IMG/VR virus record: IMGVR_UViG_3300033070_000552
Location: 1-64,000 of that record
DNA from: a virus
Taxonomy: Duplodnaviria; Caudoviricetes
Reading direction: 5' to 3' (one strand)
DNA length: 64,000 nucleotides
The position numbers and the translations under genes are program-made. Shown here piece by piece: positions 62,617-64,000 of this stretch (positions are counted from its first letter, which is position 1; the number at the start of each line of letters is the position of its first letter). Below the pieces are notes generated by a model. The model saw nothing but the letters and a program-made list of their open reading frames with translations. It had not been told where the DNA came from and made no database searches.

Positions 62617-63276
62617 TCAAGTCTTGAGGAAGATCGATCCAAGGAACCCGATGATATTGCCGCTGGGGTCACGCAAGACCCTCGCCTCGGCCCGCACCTT
62701 GATGAACCCCTGCGGTGAAACGAGCCGGTACTCCATCTCGAAGTTGCGGTTCTGGGCCGCCGACGCCTGCCACTCCTCGAACACCGCCGGGCGATCCTCG
62801 GGGTGGATGAACGTGAGCCAGCCGTTGCCCCGTGCGTCCTCGATTGTTTTATCGACCATGCGGAGATACGCGCGGTTGGCCCACTCGCACTTGCCGAAAC
62901 GGTCCGAGCGAAAGAGTGGGTCATCGTGCGTGTCGAGCAGGGCCTCGTACGAGCGGTCCTGGAGCACCTGCGAACGTCGGAGCCCGTCGACCGCATCGCG
63001 GAGCGAGGTGCCCCCGTTGGGAAGAAGCTCCTTCTCGATACGCGAGAGGCGGCCGTTGACGGTTTCTTCCATCCGGTCCATGCGGTCGTTGAACGATGCT
63101 GCGAACTTGATCACGGCAATAGCTCCTTGAACGATCTCGGTCGCGTGCTTTGCGAGAGCGACAATCCGCCCGCCGAACTTCCAGACCGCGACGATGGCGG
63201 TCATCGCCGAGCCCGCGAACACGACGACGATATCGAGGTTGTCCTGAGCCCATCGAAGCGAGGCGAGTAGTGACAT
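62617..63276 (-). CDS. membrane-anchored PAS-domain protein with holin-like N-terminus
   Basis: One TM segment (IVVVFAGSAMTAIVAVW), LPNGGTSLRDAVD linker, then PAS/PAC: ANRAYLRMV...GNGWLTFIHPEDR...EYRL...VLRDPSGNIIGFLGS. Confidence 0.85.
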   Translation of the reverse strand: MSLLASLRWAQDNLDIVVVFAGSAMTAIVAVWKFGGRIVALAKHATEIVQGAIAVIKFAASFNDRMDRMEETVNGRLSRIEKELLPNGGTSLRDAVDGLRRSQVLQDRSYEALLDTHDDPLFRSDRFGKCEWANRAYLRMVDKTIEDARGNGWLTFIHPEDRPAVFEEWQASAAQNRNFEMEYRLVSPQGFIKVRAEARVLRDPSGNIIGFLGSIFLKT

Positions 63277-63312
63277 ACTGACTCCCGTGTAGGTGCGGTA
63301 GCGAAACTCCGA

Positions 63313-63999
63313 TCAGGGGCGGGCAGCGACCCACGCCGAGCCGTTGTAGTACACGACCTTGTTGGTGAGCGTCGACCAATTGGTCGAGGGCGAGCCACCC
63401 GATCCCGCCGACGAGGTGTTGTAGAAGGTGTCTCCCGTGGTCGGGGTCGTCGCGTTGGTCTTGTCGCCCGCCATCTGCAGGTCCTGATGGTTGACGGTGT
63501 AGTAGTCGGTCGACGCCCCGTTGACGATGAGCTGGTTGGTCGTCGTCACGAAACGAAGCCCAGCCCCGCCCGCGATGCGGAAGTTGGGCGAGCCCGCCGA
63601 TCCGCCGCAGCGAATGAAGAACGGAATCTGCGCCGCCGAGAACAGCGTGTCGGAGATCAGCAGCGAACCCTTGCCCGCCGCGTCGATGGCGTACGTCGCG
63701 TAGCCGTTCGAGGTCGCGTAGAACGTGCAACCCGACACGTTGAGGTGGCTCGCGGTAGTCGTGTTGCCCCACCGCACGCCCGTCCCCGTGGACATCGTTG
63801 AGCTAAGCGTGCAGTTGCGGATCGTTCCCGAGGTGACGACCCCGCTCCCGCCGATCTGAAAGAGCTTCCCGAGGTTCCCCGTCCTGGCGTAACAGTTGGA
63901 GACGTTGAGCCAGTTCACGGTCCCGAGGATATTGATCAGCGCCGTCTTGAGCGTCGCGTCGTTCGAGGTCTTGAGGTTCTCGATCACGAGCGAGTCCAT
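63313..63999 (-). CDS. tail spike / fibre with right-handed beta-helix (C-terminal part; 5' end outside the window)
   Basis: Repeated I/V-x-N-C-T/Y beta-helix rungs (IENLKT, VSNCYA, IRNCTL, VSGCTF, ISDTLF); ends VVYYNGSAWV. Confidence 0.7.
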   Translation of the reverse strand: MDSLVIENLKTSNDATLKTALINILGTVNWLNVSNCYARTGNLGKLFQIGGSGVVTSGTIRNCTLSSTMSTGTGVRWGNTTTASHLNVSGCTFYATSNGYATYAIDAAGKGSLLISDTLFSAAQIPFFIRCGGSAGSPNFRIAGGAGLRFVTTTNQLIVNGASTDYYTVNHQDLQMAGDKTNATTPTTGDTFYNTSSAGSGGSPSTNWSTLTNKVVYYNGSAWVAARP

Positions 64000-64000
64000 C

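Noticed and set aside
1-64000. Lysogeny module, ParA, inteins or introns, stop-codon reassignment
   Set aside because: No integrase, repressor-like divergent gene or Walker-box ParA was seen. DnaE, DnaB, RecA and terminase have normal lengths without Hint motifs, and genes are intact under the standard code.

Overview
This window is about 64 kb of a high-GC, long-tailed dsDNA bacteriophage genome (siphovirus-like), and essentially every real gene lies on the minus strand. In transcription order (right to left) it carries: a beta-helix tail-spike fragment; a membrane-anchored PAS protein plus a putative hydrolase; two DUF6527-like proteins; a degenerate QueE-like protein; GroES; a methyltransferase; terminase large subunit; portal; head morphogenesis protein; a sigma factor; head-tail adaptor; scaffold; major capsid; a MAF/MptE-like transferase; neck and tail genes with a probable frameshifted chaperone; a 1488-aa tape measure; tail-tip genes; a GT32 glycosyltransferase; small accessory genes; an SNF2 helicase; two tRNAs followed by a structured non-coding region; a replisome (5'-3' exonuclease, DnaE, methyltransferase, loader, DnaB, HNH, DnaG); an early region with three sigma70-type promoters (MoxR/VWA pair, second sigma-like factor, ParB); a recombination module (split SbcC, SSB, RuvC, RecA, SbcD); and finally a TerS-like gene, ParB-N, a ParB-methyltransferase and a glycosyltransferase running off the left edge. 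No integrase, ParA or CRISPR array is visible, and the host cannot be determined. The most striking unexplained signals are: (i) 21 copies of a 17-bp Noc/parS-like palindrome plus 5 copies of a related variant, spread genome-wide and even inside ORFs, alongside a ParB with no visible ParA; (ii) a ~180-nt pseudoknotted RNA with RNase P catalytic-domain-like motifs behind the tRNAs; (iii) a holin-like TM+PAS protein; (iv) several promoter classes, many apparently leaderless, that fit a two-sigma cascade; (v) SbcC/Rad50 split at the zinc hook with the halves in reversed order. All family assignments come from motif recognition by eye, not from database searches.
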